Assembly: GCA_965226495.1 (NCBI GenBank)
Contig: OZ245365.1
Location: forward strand, 5,568,001 to 5,632,000
Direction of reading: 5' to 3'
Length of the DNA: 64,000 bases
DNA from: Candidatus Marinacidobacterales bacterium
GTDB lineage: Bacteria > Acidobacteriota > Vicinamibacteria > Marinacidobacterales > DATDRI01
This document shows, piece by piece, positions 47,680 through 58,192 of this stretch. The notes under the pieces were generated by a model. That model did not search any database. It had not been told where the DNA came from and was given only the letters and a program-made list of their open reading frames with translations. Numbering within the stretch: position 1 is the stretch's first letter; each line of letters begins with the position of its first letter. A program made the translations under genes and the position numbers.

Positions 47680-50571
47680 ATGCTAGGCCGTCTTAAGAAG
47701 CGGATCGAAAACTTGATGGGTGACACCTCCGCCGCGACGGCGGAGCCTACCCCCGAAACGTCCGACCCCTCGTTCGTTAAAGCGCCCCGGCAACGGCCCC
47801 AATGGCAGCACGATCCCGAGGTGGCCAAGAAATTGGCCCGCCGGGAGGCTCAGCGACGGGAGGTGAGGCTCCTCCTGAAGGAACGGATTCACAATCGCTG
47901 CGTCGTTCTAATGAGTGAGGTTCGGAACCACCTTCTTTCCGAGATCCATAACTCCCTTGAAGAGCATAGTGGCCCGAGAACGCTCAAAGGCATTCTCGAG
48001 ATCACCTTGGATCCGAATTTTATTCGAACTCTCGACAACAAGATCGACAGTCTCGCTTTCAAGCTCATCGAAAGACTGAAGAGCGAGTTCCGAAAAGAAA
48101 AAGAAATCGATCCGCTCTTGCCAATGTCGTCGACCCTCGTCGAGGAGCTCAGGACGTACCGCGACCAAATCGTTCGGACTCACATACTCGACCAAGTAGA
48201 GGTCTTCGCTTTGCCGCAACTCGGAGAGGTCTTTCCCGAGGGTGGCGCGTCACCCGAGCAACTGAAGCAGGGCATCACGAGTTATTGGAAGACTTGCCAC
48301 GAGGCGATCGACCTCTTCTTTCACGCCGTCGAGATGTCGCTCCTGAACGGAACCAGAGAAGGCCTTCGAATTGACGCCGCCGTCATCCGAGAACGACTCC
48401 TCGCAGCGCAGTATCGCAATGGCTATCGCGCTCTCGGAATTCGCCTAACCGAGGAGTATGGACAAGTAGCTCAGCTTCAAATGTCGAAAGGTAATCGCCT
48501 CGATAAGATGCGTCCTCAAATCGACCGCCAAGTCGTGGAGGGGATCATCGTGCCCCTGGCCTTCTTCATCCGCGACCGTGTAGAACCGGAGCCCCTGGAA
48601 GCGCTGCGAAGTCGAGCCGAACTCTTTCGTGACATCGTAGACAAGATGATCACTAGCGGGGATCCCTTCAGCCGAACCGCGGAAGCCCTGAAGCCCCTCT
48701 TGAGAAGAAGCATTGAACAAGCGCGCCCCATCGTGCTGGAGGCTTTTTCCTACCTTGCCGCTCCCATCGAAAGTCTCAAACCGACGGAAGTGCATCGCGC
48801 CACCGCTCTTCTTCATATGTTCGAGACACTCCTGAAACCCGAACTCGATGAGAAGGCCCTCCAGGCCGTCGAACAGAACGTCCGACTCAACAAAAATCAG
48901 TACTACATCTATACGCACATTGACCGGACCTACCCGAGATTGCTGCCCCTATTGCATCCACTGGACCGCGTCCAACCTTTGGACGCGGACTTCTTCCTGA
49001 AGTTCCTCCAAGGGTTCGAGCCCTCCGCGGAAGCCATCGAGACCATGGCCCGCCGACTCGGCTACTTGCCACCGGACGATCCCTCTCCCAACGATTCCTT
49101 GGGCCTGATTCGAGCGATCGCCGTCCTCGCCCTACCCCGACGAGAGCTCACTTCCTGGCAGTTTCTGTACAGCCCCACTCCGCCGACCCCAAAGGAGCTC
49201 GCGGTTCTCGCCAAGACCGTAACTCAGCAGTTTCGACCGACCGGCATCGGGGCCTACGACCGTCAGCAGTCCATCGGCGCCCATCCAGTGCCCGTCGACC
49301 TGCCCACCGCCCTCGGCGCAATCGACTTCCAGCCGGACAAAAAGAATCGACTCGAAGCCTTTACAAAAGAAGTTCGTGAGCTCATCGAGGCGGGCAAGGC
49401 GTCGGATCTACGCGAGGCACTCGACCACCTCCGGCGTTTTCGCCGAGCCGTCGAAGAACAACGCATCAAACGAGGTTTGGTGGACACCGAGACATCCCCT
49501 TACGTCGGCGAAATTTGGTTGAAGGAGTCCGGAGAGATGGTCGGCATTCTTTCTTACGATGGTCCAGGGTTCGGCGAAATTCCCATCGAGCAGATGGTTC
49601 GTAAGCCGGCCGGAGGAAACCATGCCGAGGTGGAACGGGCACTCCGCCGGCAGCTCACGAATCAGGCGCTGATCTACAAGGCCTTCCACAATCTGTTCAC
49701 CGGCGAAAAAGACGTTGCGCTCTCCCACCGTCGAACCCTTCCCACCTATCTCAAGACTACTTACGAGAAGATCGAAACGAAGAGAAACGCGTTGCTCATA
49801 CACCTCCGCAACGCCCGCTTGCTCCTCAGGCGTATGGAGGAGTTCGCGGCGATGATTCTGGAGTCTCACCCCTCTACCAAGAACGATACCGCAACCGTTG
49901 CCCAAATACTTACCGGTCTGAGCCGCAAAATCGATCAGTTCCTGGCTGGAGTGGACAAGTCCTCATCGCCGAAAGATCTTGCTCGCTTTGCCCGAGAGCA
50001 CGAACGCATACTCAAGTACTTGAACACCGCCATCCTGCATTCCGTCAATCCCTGGCTCGAGCGTCAGACCCGGAACCTCGGAACGGAATTCGAGTTCCGC
50101 GAGGAAGAGGTGGTGGAAGCCATTCGTGTAGCGGTCTTGGCGAACAAGATGGATTGGAATGAGGTCACCAGGTGTAAGGTCAATCCAATCCGAGGCACAC
50201 TGGGATGTCGAGCGCTACTCGAGCTCCGGGACGGCGCTTCCAAGGTGGTGCTTTGCGAGTTCGATCGCCGTTACCAACGTTGGAAGGTCAACCACATCGC
50301 ACCACTCGTCATGGACGTGGTCCGAGCGGAATTGGTTCGCCTAGGTCACACCCTTCCTCAGAAGTACGATGAGAAATTCGAGCAAGCAACGTTCAGTCTC
50401 GACGAACCGGCTTGCCGCTTTATGCTGAGGAAGGACGGCGTAGCGCGAGTCGAAGCGACCCTGGTTCTCAAAACCCACCCGACCGGCCACGAGTGGCATG
50501 TCGTTTACCTCAAGTGGGACGACGACGTTCTTATCGATCGCGCCAATCCTCTCGCCGAACAAGCCGAGTAG
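47680..50571 (+). CDS. Large hypothetical cytoplasmic protein (963 aa)
   Basis: Uninterrupted ORF, charged and helical-looking, with no TM segment or signal peptide and no recognised motif. Confidence 0.8.
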   Translation: MLGRLKKRIENLMGDTSAATAEPTPETSDPSFVKAPRQRPQWQHDPEVAKKLARREAQRREVRLLLKERIHNRCVVLMSEVRNHLLSEIHNSLEEHSGPRTLKGILEITLDPNFIRTLDNKIDSLAFKLIERLKSEFRKEKEIDPLLPMSSTLVEELRTYRDQIVRTHILDQVEVFALPQLGEVFPEGGASPEQLKQGITSYWKTCHEAIDLFFHAVEMSLLNGTREGLRIDAAVIRERLLAAQYRNGYRALGIRLTEEYGQVAQLQMSKGNRLDKMRPQIDRQVVEGIIVPLAFFIRDRVEPEPLEALRSRAELFRDIVDKMITSGDPFSRTAEALKPLLRRSIEQARPIVLEAFSYLAAPIESLKPTEVHRATALLHMFETLLKPELDEKALQAVEQNVRLNKNQYYIYTHIDRTYPRLLPLLHPLDRVQPLDADFFLKFLQGFEPSAEAIETMARRLGYLPPDDPSPNDSLGLIRAIAVLALPRRELTSWQFLYSPTPPTPKELAVLAKTVTQQFRPTGIGAYDRQQSIGAHPVPVDLPTALGAIDFQPDKKNRLEAFTKEVRELIEAGKASDLREALDHLRRFRRAVEEQRIKRGLVDTETSPYVGEIWLKESGEMVGILSYDGPGFGEIPIEQMVRKPAGGNHAEVERALRRQLTNQALIYKAFHNLFTGEKDVALSHRRTLPTYLKTTYEKIETKRNALLIHLRNARLLLRRMEEFAAMILESHPSTKNDTATVAQILTGLSRKIDQFLAGVDKSSSPKDLARFAREHERILKYLNTAILHSVNPWLERQTRNLGTEFEFREEEVVEAIRVAVLANKMDWNEVTRCKVNPIRGTLGCRALLELRDGASKVVLCEFDRRYQRWKVNHIAPLVMDVVRAELVRLGHTLPQKYDEKFEQATFSLDEPACRFMLRKDGVARVEATLVLKTHPTGHEWHVVYLKWDDDVLIDRANPLAEQAE

Positions 50572-50607
50572 TAGGCTGTACCAACGAAGTTGGTACCACC
50601 TCTTTTA

Positions 50608-50660
50608 CCTCTCCCCCGACCGCGGGGGAGAGGTCGTCCGCCGAAGGCGGGCGGGTGAGG
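50608..50660. repeat. Double-hairpin palindromic repeat (REP-like)
   Basis: ACCTCTCCCCCG-AC-CGCGGGGGAGAGGT followed by GTCCGCC-GAA-GGCGGGC and GGGTGAGG. Confidence 0.6.
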
Positions 50661-50766
50661 AGGTCGTGGATAGCGGCGATGAAGTCTAGTATCGATTTCA
50701 TTGTTTCAAGACCATAGCTTCCTCGTTCTTGATTGATTGCCCTTCTTTTTCACCGTATGATGCGGG

Positions 50767-53421
50767 GTGTCCCACCAATCGTCTCCGGCGTCTCCTCTTG
50801 GACATAGTGGCCGGCTTCTCCTCCTCCTTGCCTTCTTCCTAAGCGGTGTCGCGGCTTTAATCTTCGAGCTTATCTGGACTCGCCTCGTTCTCCTTTCCCT
50901 CGGGGCAACGTCGGCGGCGGTGGGTGCCGTCCTCGGTGCCTTCATGGGCGGCATGGCGATCGGAAGCGCTCTTGCCGGGCGTAGTCAATTCGCTCGCCGT
51001 GACCCCATCATCACCTTTGCGTTGTTAGAAGGATGGGTGGGACTCTATGGACTCGCTTCGCCCTATGTGCTCCGTCTGGTGGGCTTCGTGCCTGCCGGGT
51101 TCCAATTTCCGCTCGCTCTCATCTTGCTGCTGCCGGCAACGATCGCAATGGGTGCGTCGCTTCCCGTCCTCTCTCGCGCGTTCGGGCAGGGCAACGATTG
51201 GCCAGCGACGGAAGTCGGGCGTCTCTATACGGTCAATACCGCGGGTGCCGTCCTCGGACCGTTACTCGCTGTGTTTGCGTTCTTTCCATTGGTCGGACTC
51301 ACGAGGACGCTCTACCTCGCAGCGGCAGCCGATCTCTTGGTGTTCGTCGGCATTTTTCTCGGACGAAAAGCCCTGTCGAGATTGTCGAGCTTTTCGAGCC
51401 TGTCGAGCATGACCGCAACGGCACCAACCGAACTCCTACCCGAACACGACCGTCCGCCGTTCATCCTTCTCGCTGCCCTCGCGGTCTCGGGAGCCTCCGC
51501 CATGGTTTACGAAGTCGCCTGGGCCCGAACGCTCTCTTTGGTCTATGGCTCATCGATCTATGGCGTCTCGATTATGCTGTCTACGTTTCTCTTCGGGATC
51601 GCCAGCGGTGCTGGTCTGGCATCCTTGCTTCTGAGAGGAAGAACGAAGCCGGTTCCCTATAGGGTCACGACGTGGCTCTTGGTCGGCTCGGCGGGCGGCG
51701 CCTTCCTGAGCTTGTTGGTGACTCGCAACCTCCCATTTATCTTTCTCAACCTGTACCGCTCGGCGCCGGACCGAGATCTCACTCTCTTCGCGACGCAGTT
51801 CGTGGTTGCGGCCGCGCTGATGCTTCCGTCAACGCTGTGCTTAGGAGCCATGTTGCCTGCGGTGATCGGCGCCATGCCCGCGTCAAAGACTGATCTAGGC
51901 CGGCGGGTTTCGTGGCTCTACACCGCGAACCTCGTCGGCTCTGCAGCCGGCGCCATCCTGGCCGCGGGCGTGTTACTGGGAAGCTTCGGCATCGAGCTGT
52001 CGGTCCGGGTCGCGTCCGTTGCGGCACTGTTCGTTGCGGCGGTGTTGGCGGTGAGCTCTGACGGAAAGCGCTCCACAGCCCCGCTGGCGGTTTCGATGGC
52101 GGCATGTTTGATCATTCTCTCTTTCGACCCGACTGGAGAGCTCTTGATCAAGAGCTTCGGTCTCTACATCGAACCGAAAAACCCTTCGCGCGATGCTTCT
52201 TCACTCCGTGAGCTGGTCAATTCACACCGGCTTCTGTACTACCGTGATGGTCCTACCGCTACGGTCGCGGTGCAGAAGGTGGACCGCTTTCTACTTCTCA
52301 AGATCAACGGCAAGACCGACGCGTCAAACGGTCCAGGAGACATTACCACCCAACTGTTACTCGGACACCTTCCTTTCATGGTCTCCGACGCGAACCGGGT
52401 CGCCGTCATCGGTTGGGGAAGCGGCATGACCGCGGGAGCCGTCCTGACTCATCCGGTCGAGTCGGTGGATGCCTTCGAGATCGAGCCCGCGGTGATCGAG
52501 GGCTCCCGATATTTCGAACCTTCCAAGTACTTCAAGCCCGGCAACGGGCGTCCTTTGGACGACAAACGCCTCAACTTAATCATGGGAGATGCGCGCAGCA
52601 GGCTACAGCGGTCTTCAACAATCTACGATCTGATCATCTCCGAGCCCTCGAACCCTTGGATCACGGGAGTTTCCAATCTCTTCACTCAGGATTTCTTCGA
52701 GATCGCCTCCTCGAAATTGAAAGCCGATGGAATACTGTGCCAGTGGTTTCACCTCTACGGTATGTCGGAAGAATCCACACGGTCGCTGCTAGCCACGTTT
52801 CGTAGCGTGTTCCCACACACTTTGGTTTTCAAGGATCGTGATCTCATTCTTCTCGGCTCTAGGAACCCGATTCGTTTTTCCATGTCGCGTATGCGTGATC
52901 TCTTCGCGAAGAAGGCCACTAGGGACAGTCTTGCGCGCGCTGAGATCAACTACCCAACCGACGTCCTGGCGGCGCTCCGTCTGGACGAGGGCGGCGTCGA
53001 GGAGTTCTCTCGGAATGCACTCTTCAACACCGATGACAATCTGCGGCTCGAGCTTGCGGCGCCGCGGAGCCTCTACCGCGATCGAACCGAGGCGATCCGC
53101 GCGGAATTGAATCGTTACCCTCCTTCCGCAATAGACGTGCTTTCCGATTACGATTCGGAAGTCGACGTCCTGCTCGAGCTGGCCGCCTCGTATTTCACCG
53201 ACGGGAGGAAAGATCAAGCACTCGAGGTCTGCGAACGCGCGCTGGCGATCCGCGACTCCTTCGAGGGACAGAAACTACGGGGTCAGACACTGCAGAGCAT
53301 GGGACGGACCGACGAGGCCCGGCGGGCATTGCAGAAGGCCTTGCGTCACGAAGACGGGGACGCGCAGGGGAGGAAGTTCGTCCAAGCTCTCTTACGTTCC
53401 CTAGACACGACTTCCGAATAG
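50767..53421 (+). CDS. Fused membrane domain / spermidine-synthase-like protein with C-terminal TPR
   Basis: FLSG.AALIFE..W.R and MGASLP...LY.VNT.GA TM repeats; INGKTDAS, IGWGSGMT, EIEP, GDAR, ISEPSNPW; TPR-like tail. Confidence 0.88.
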   Translation: MSHQSSPASPLGHSGRLLLLLAFFLSGVAALIFELIWTRLVLLSLGATSAAVGAVLGAFMGGMAIGSALAGRSQFARRDPIITFALLEGWVGLYGLASPYVLRLVGFVPAGFQFPLALILLLPATIAMGASLPVLSRAFGQGNDWPATEVGRLYTVNTAGAVLGPLLAVFAFFPLVGLTRTLYLAAAADLLVFVGIFLGRKALSRLSSFSSLSSMTATAPTELLPEHDRPPFILLAALAVSGASAMVYEVAWARTLSLVYGSSIYGVSIMLSTFLFGIASGAGLASLLLRGRTKPVPYRVTTWLLVGSAGGAFLSLLVTRNLPFIFLNLYRSAPDRDLTLFATQFVVAAALMLPSTLCLGAMLPAVIGAMPASKTDLGRRVSWLYTANLVGSAAGAILAAGVLLGSFGIELSVRVASVAALFVAAVLAVSSDGKRSTAPLAVSMAACLIILSFDPTGELLIKSFGLYIEPKNPSRDASSLRELVNSHRLLYYRDGPTATVAVQKVDRFLLLKINGKTDASNGPGDITTQLLLGHLPFMVSDANRVAVIGWGSGMTAGAVLTHPVESVDAFEIEPAVIEGSRYFEPSKYFKPGNGRPLDDKRLNLIMGDARSRLQRSSTIYDLIISEPSNPWITGVSNLFTQDFFEIASSKLKADGILCQWFHLYGMSEESTRSLLATFRSVFPHTLVFKDRDLILLGSRNPIRFSMSRMRDLFAKKATRDSLARAEINYPTDVLAALRLDEGGVEEFSRNALFNTDDNLRLELAAPRSLYRDRTEAIRAELNRYPPSAIDVLSDYDSEVDVLLELAASYFTDGRKDQALEVCERALAIRDSFEGQKLRGQTLQSMGRTDEARRALQKALRHEDGDAQGRKFVQALLRSLDTTSE

Positions 53422-53486
53422 GACGACTTCCGACAAACAACCGGACACGCCGGACGCACCGGACAACGTCGGACGCGCCAGACAAG
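53407..53486. repeat. Short direct repeat plus degenerate 9-bp tandem repeat
   Basis: ACGACTTCCGA at 53407 and 53423; five CCGGACnnn-like units over 53441-53486. Confidence 0.55.
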
Positions 53487-53487
53487 G

Positions 53488-54636
53488 ATGATGAGAACTT
53501 TCTGCTGGCTGATCACTCTGGCGTTTTTTGTGCAGGGAGATCAAGATCTCACGATTCGCAGCCGATGGATCTTTGGAAGCAAAGGCCAGCCTCACGACTA
53601 CTCTTGTGATGCGCTCCGCTTTGGCCTCCAGCCATCTGGGCTCGCGTGGGATGGCGAGCTCCTCTGGGTGGTGAGCGACCAGAGCTCGAGCTGTCCGGGA
53701 TGCCTCTTTTCCCTCAGTCCAGGCTCAGAAGGATCCAATCAAGACCCCCTGCTCCTCGAAGAAGATGGGCTTCCTGTCGTGCACCAAGGTCGGGCGCTCG
53801 TCGTCGACGCCGAGGGGATCGCTCTGTTGGACGATTCCCCCGGGGATAAAGACGAGCTCGTTTTCGCAGTGGTCATGGAGGACGGTTTCGAACGGCACCT
53901 CGGCTGGGCAACCGACGACCGAAGCCCCGGTGCGGCGTTGGTGATCCGAGTGAACCGGGTTTCGCGAGCAGCAACCGTGTCCGCGATCTGGCGGTTCGAG
54001 CTCCCGGCGGAGAAGACGGTCCGTCCCTACAAGGGAGATAGGAACCGACGGTTCGAAGGCATTGCAGTCGACCGAAGCTCGGGGCGAGGTTACTTGGCCT
54101 ATGAGCAAGACGAGAACGGATCGCCCCGCCTCTTCACGTTCGAGCTCCCGACGAGCCAGCCTTCTCCGGGCACGGAAGAGCTTTCGGTCTTGCTCGAAGA
54201 GGTGAGTTTCGACATCGATTCCATCACTCTTGGAGCGCCGGGTCTCGCAAAAAACTTCAACGACCTCGCCTTTCAGTCGCCAAATCGACTTCTCGTTCTG
54301 TGTCGTGATCGCGAGTTGCTATTAGTCTTGGACCTCATCGATCCGAAGACCGCCAGGCTCGCGTCCCAAATGCCCTTGGACCTGCGCTCTCCTTTGAATC
54401 AAGCGATCGAGTGGACGAGCCCGGAAGGGATCGCCGTCGCCGAGGAAACGAACACCTTCTTCATCGTCAGCGATCCGGATCCGAGGTGCGGCGGAAATTG
54501 GAAAGCGGCGGCGGCGAGTGAGCTCGATACGCGGCAACGACTGGCTGAAGCGTATCTCTTTTCCCAGTTCGTGCCGCTTCTGTTCGAGCTCGAGCTATCT
54601 GCGCTGGGCGAGAATTTCCCTGTAAAGGTCCAATAG
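53488..54636 (+). CDS. Secreted beta-propeller protein (phytase-like/SdiA-regulated-like)
   Basis: Signal peptide; blade motifs PSGLAWD, LWVVSD, DAEGIA, FEGIA, PEGIA, IVSD. Confidence 0.65.
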   Translation: MMRTFCWLITLAFFVQGDQDLTIRSRWIFGSKGQPHDYSCDALRFGLQPSGLAWDGELLWVVSDQSSSCPGCLFSLSPGSEGSNQDPLLLEEDGLPVVHQGRALVVDAEGIALLDDSPGDKDELVFAVVMEDGFERHLGWATDDRSPGAALVIRVNRVSRAATVSAIWRFELPAEKTVRPYKGDRNRRFEGIAVDRSSGRGYLAYEQDENGSPRLFTFELPTSQPSPGTEELSVLLEEVSFDIDSITLGAPGLAKNFNDLAFQSPNRLLVLCRDRELLLVLDLIDPKTARLASQMPLDLRSPLNQAIEWTSPEGIAVAEETNTFFIVSDPDPRCGGNWKAAAASELDTRQRLAEAYLFSQFVPLLFELELSALGENFPVKVQ

Positions 54637-55803
54637 ACTCGCGATTCTTTCCGACCAACTGAAGTCGGATTCCACGCGGAGCCTTCCCGCCTTCCCGAAC
54701 GAAACCAATCCCTCCCCAAGAGACAGGGCACGAACCACTGCCTCCCCCAACGCCTCGACCTCGCCAGGCGGAACGAGAAAACCGCTCTTACCTTCTTTGA
54801 CCTTGTCCGGGATGCCACCCGCGGTGGTCGCCACCACCGGTTTTCCGTGCGCCATGGCCTCGAGAGTCACTAAGGAGCTTCCTTCAAACAGCGTCGGATG
54901 AACGAAGAGGTCCGCACGTTCGTAGAGGGCCGAGAGCTCTTCGTCGGAGACTCGTCCAGCAAAACGGGTGCGATCGGTAAGCCCCTGTTTTTCGATCCGT
55001 CCTCGCAAACCGGATTCGGTCGGGCCCGAGCCGACTAGGACCCAGATCCAATCATCCGGGAGTCTTTCTCTGACACGCGCCAAGGCATCCGCGAGCACCG
55101 AGAATCCTTTGTTGGACTCGAGCCGCCCAACCGAGAGCAAAACGGTCATGGAGGGTTTGAGACCCAAACGCCGGTAAAGTGCCTCGATCGTCTCGTGTGA
55201 GGCCGGACGATCGATTTCCTGTAGGTCGACCGGTGTCGGCAGGATGGCTGCCTGAGCAGGATCGATACCAAGGTACCCGCGAACTTCCTCCATCATCACG
55301 CGGTCCGGCACGATCACTCTCTCGGCACGGCGGGCCGCATAGCGCGCACCTGCCCGTAAAGGGAAATATCCGACTCGTTTCAGCCCGCTAGCCTTGAACT
55401 CTTCCATGCCCACCGGATGTACCACCATGGGCGGATCGTTGCTTCTTCGCGAGAACGCGTAGCCGAAACCGGCCGCTCCTTCCACCTGAACAATGTCAGG
55501 CATCCTTGCCGGATCGGCCATCAGGCGGCGCGCCACGCGAACACTCCACGCCAGATAGTTGGTGCTCCGATCCGCGATCACGAAACCGGATCGGCGAGGC
55601 CAAGGAACGATTCGGTAAGGTACGAACCGGACCTGCGCGCCCTCGAGAAGTTTTTCTCCTTTCGAAGACGTACTTGGTGACGTATAGAGCGTCACATCCG
55701 CGCCGTTGCGGACCAAATGCCGAACCATCGCGCCCACGTGCCGTTCGAATCCTCCCACCCCATGAAGAGGGTGAGCGACGCGAGAGATGATGGCGACTTT
55801 CAT
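54595..55803 (-). CDS. GT4 glycosyltransferase
   Basis: GGFERH, VGRLESNKG, EGSSLVTLEAMAHG (EX7E). Confidence 0.92.
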   Translation of the reverse strand: MKVAIISRVAHPLHGVGGFERHVGAMVRHLVRNGADVTLYTSPSTSSKGEKLLEGAQVRFVPYRIVPWPRRSGFVIADRSTNYLAWSVRVARRLMADPARMPDIVQVEGAAGFGYAFSRRSNDPPMVVHPVGMEEFKASGLKRVGYFPLRAGARYAARRAERVIVPDRVMMEEVRGYLGIDPAQAAILPTPVDLQEIDRPASHETIEALYRRLGLKPSMTVLLSVGRLESNKGFSVLADALARVRERLPDDWIWVLVGSGPTESGLRGRIEKQGLTDRTRFAGRVSDEELSALYERADLFVHPTLFEGSSLVTLEAMAHGKPVVATTAGGIPDKVKEGKSGFLVPPGEVEALGEAVVRALSLGEGLVSFGKAGRLRVESDFSWSERIASLLDLYREILAQRR

Positions 55804-57002
55804 CGATCGTCGATGACCCGACGGTAAAGCTCTTCGAGGCGAGGAAGAACGATTTTCTCGGAGAACCGCTCCCGCGCCCTATGGGCCGCTCCCTCGCGCA
55901 GGCGCGCAGCGAGGCCGGGGTCGTCGAGAACGCGATGGAGCGCGCCGGCCAGTTCGGAAACCGTGTGGCCCAGGAGTCCGCTCTCTTGGTCAACGACGAT
56001 TTCGCGGCTGCCTCCAGTAGGCTCCAGGATCAGAACCGCGCCGACACCGAGACCCTCGAGCAACACGCGCGAAAGGGGCTCCTCCCATCTGGACGGGAAG
56101 AGGACGGCGGTTGCCCGTTTCATGAGCAGAAGAACCATGTCCTCGCTCACCCAGCCGAGAAAACGCGCGTCGACCCCTAATCTCTTCGCTTCTTCATGCA
56201 AAGAGCGGTCGAGGCGACCGCTCCCGGCGATCAGTAGAGGCAATTTCACACCAGACTCGTGCATGATCGAGAGAGCACGATCCGGCGCCTTATTCGGCTC
56301 CAGCTTGCCAACGAAGAGCACGAATTCCTCCGGAAGCATGGGCGATGACTTCGCGAGCGATTGCTCCACCATCTCGAGGTCGATCACATTCGGAATCACG
56401 GACGCGTTTTCCAGCGGAAGCAGCGTCTGCACGTGAACGCTCACCGCAACCACGGCAGCCGCCTTTCGGAGGGTCTCCTGTCGTCGAGCGATCTCGGTGC
56501 CCACTTTGGTAGGAAGCAAGGGTGCCACCGGCCAGAGAAGTGGATAGCGTCGTCCGACACAGACGACCCGCTTGGCGTAGCTGCAACCCGGACAGCGGTC
56601 TCCACCGGAAAGCATCGTGGACCAGATGCACACCGGCCAATAGTCGCGTACGGTGACGACGACGGGTAAGCCGGTTTTGCGGCTAGCGCGGACCGTCGCA
56701 CCCGCAGAGAGCCAGTGCTGCGCATGTGCTAGATCGAATCGTTCATCCCACCCTTCCAAGAAGGAAGCCAATCGGGCCTCCCGGCGGGAAGCACTCCCGA
56801 ATGTTGCCGTTCCCACACCGACCTCGATGACCTTCGTTCCATGCCATTCTTTCTCTTCCTTCCTCAGGCGATCCCATGGTTGGCTGACCACGACCGTCAC
56901 GTCATGCCCTCGACGAGCAAGCGCCCGTGTCAGTACCGCTGTGGACTGACCGCTTCCTCCCGCTCCAGGAGGAAATGCGTCGGTTGTGATGAGGATCTTC
57001 AC
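55800..57002 (-). CDS. GT4 glycosyltransferase with Cys-rich insert
   Basis: FPPGAGG, RDYWPVC...CPGC...C, FVGKLEPNK, EPLSRVLLE; GTG start overlaps the upstream TGA. Confidence 0.9.
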   Translation of the reverse strand: MKILITTDAFPPGAGGSGQSTAVLTRALARRGHDVTVVVSQPWDRLRKEEKEWHGTKVIEVGVGTATFGSASRREARLASFLEGWDERFDLAHAQHWLSAGATVRASRKTGLPVVVTVRDYWPVCIWSTMLSGGDRCPGCSYAKRVVCVGRRYPLLWPVAPLLPTKVGTEIARRQETLRKAAAVVAVSVHVQTLLPLENASVIPNVIDLEMVEQSLAKSSPMLPEEFVLFVGKLEPNKAPDRALSIMHESGVKLPLLIAGSGRLDRSLHEEAKRLGVDARFLGWVSEDMVLLLMKRATAVLFPSRWEEPLSRVLLEGLGVGAVLILEPTGGSREIVVDQESGLLGHTVSELAGALHRVLDDPGLAARLREGAAHRARERFSEKIVLPRLEELYRRVIDDR

Positions 57003-58180
57003 GCCCCGGCGCCCTCGGCAACTCCTGCGAGGACGCGCTCGAGCGCTTCGCAATGCACCTGCCAACTGTAGAGGGAAACGATCCGCTGCCGCGCTGACTG
57101 ACCCATGGCCCTGGCGCGCTCGGGCGAGCTCACCAGTTCGGCGATCGCCTCGGCAAGGCGCTCGGTGTGGTTTTCCGGGAACAGTAGGCCCTCCAGTCCC
57201 GGCCGTACGATCTCTCGCAACGGCTCGATGTCGAGCGTTACCACCGGAAGCCCGCTGGCCATGTACTCGAATATTTTGAGCGGCGACCAGTAAAACCCGA
57301 GCTGAAGTTGTCCGTGAAGGGACGGTTGATAGGGAGCGACGCCGACGTGGGCACGCGCCAGGTAACGAGGCATCTCTTCATACGGCACCGCGCCGGTACA
57401 GTGAATGCGAGACGACACTCCGAGCTCCTCGACATGCTGTTTTACTCTAGCAAGCATCGGCCCCGCGCCAAGTAGTAAGAAGAACGCGTTGGGGGCGCGT
57501 TCGAGGACTCTTGCCGCGGCTCTCACCAAGAGCTCCGCTCCGTGCCACGGACGAAAGCTACTCGAAAAAACGACCACGCTAGCGTCACCCGGGATAGGGA
57601 GCTCCTTGGCCGAACCGGAGACCGTCACACCGGGGTGGAAGATGTCCACGTTCGCTCCCCAATGAACCGGATGGATTTTCTCTCGAGGCACCGATCGTGG
57701 GATGATCGTAGGAAGAGGAGTCACGAGTGCCGAAGCCTTCTGACATAGATCTTCCCGCAGGGCTTTCATAGAACTGAAGAGCACGAAACGGTCGAGCCAT
57801 GACTTGAATGAGCCCGGGTGATCCATGACCGGAGAGTTCACTTCGAGCACCGACGGCACACTGCGACGATATGCCGCCCGAACACCCTCGCCGCCGAAGT
57901 TGTAATACCGCTCCAAGACAACCTCGATCCCAAATCGATCGATCAGCTGTCCGACCATTTTCTCCGTGGTCCAGCGGAAGAAACGATGAGGCAAGAACGG
58001 TCGTGCCAGATGAAGCGTGAACTCCGATTTAGCACTAGGGGACGATCGGTCGCCCGGTCGAGCCACGACATGCACCTCGTGACCCCGACTGGCCAGCCCG
58101 CGTGCTACCTCCAACACATGGACCGATCCACCGGTCGATCCAGGAATCGATTGGTCCGTGGCCACGTAGAGAAGTTTCAC
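56999..58180 (-). CDS. GT4 glycosyltransferase
   Basis: GGSVH, ERY, LEVNSP, FRPWHG, SPLKIFEYMASG. Confidence 0.92.
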   Translation of the reverse strand: MKLLYVATDQSIPGSTGGSVHVLEVARGLASRGHEVHVVARPGDRSSPSAKSEFTLHLARPFLPHRFFRWTTEKMVGQLIDRFGIEVVLERYYNFGGEGVRAAYRRSVPSVLEVNSPVMDHPGSFKSWLDRFVLFSSMKALREDLCQKASALVTPLPTIIPRSVPREKIHPVHWGANVDIFHPGVTVSGSAKELPIPGDASVVVFSSSFRPWHGAELLVRAAARVLERAPNAFFLLLGAGPMLARVKQHVEELGVSSRIHCTGAVPYEEMPRYLARAHVGVAPYQPSLHGQLQLGFYWSPLKIFEYMASGLPVVTLDIEPLREIVRPGLEGLLFPENHTERLAEAIAELVSSPERARAMGQSARQRIVSLYSWQVHCEALERVLAGVAEGAGA

Positions 58181-58192
58181 AATTTCACAATT

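Noticed and set aside
46140-47680. Prophage or ICE integrated at either tRNA
   Set aside because: No integrase or phage gene, and no duplicated tRNA 3' end noticed in the window.
53441-53486. CRISPR-like repeats
   Set aside because: Units are 9 bp, degenerate and have no spacers; no cas genes in the window.
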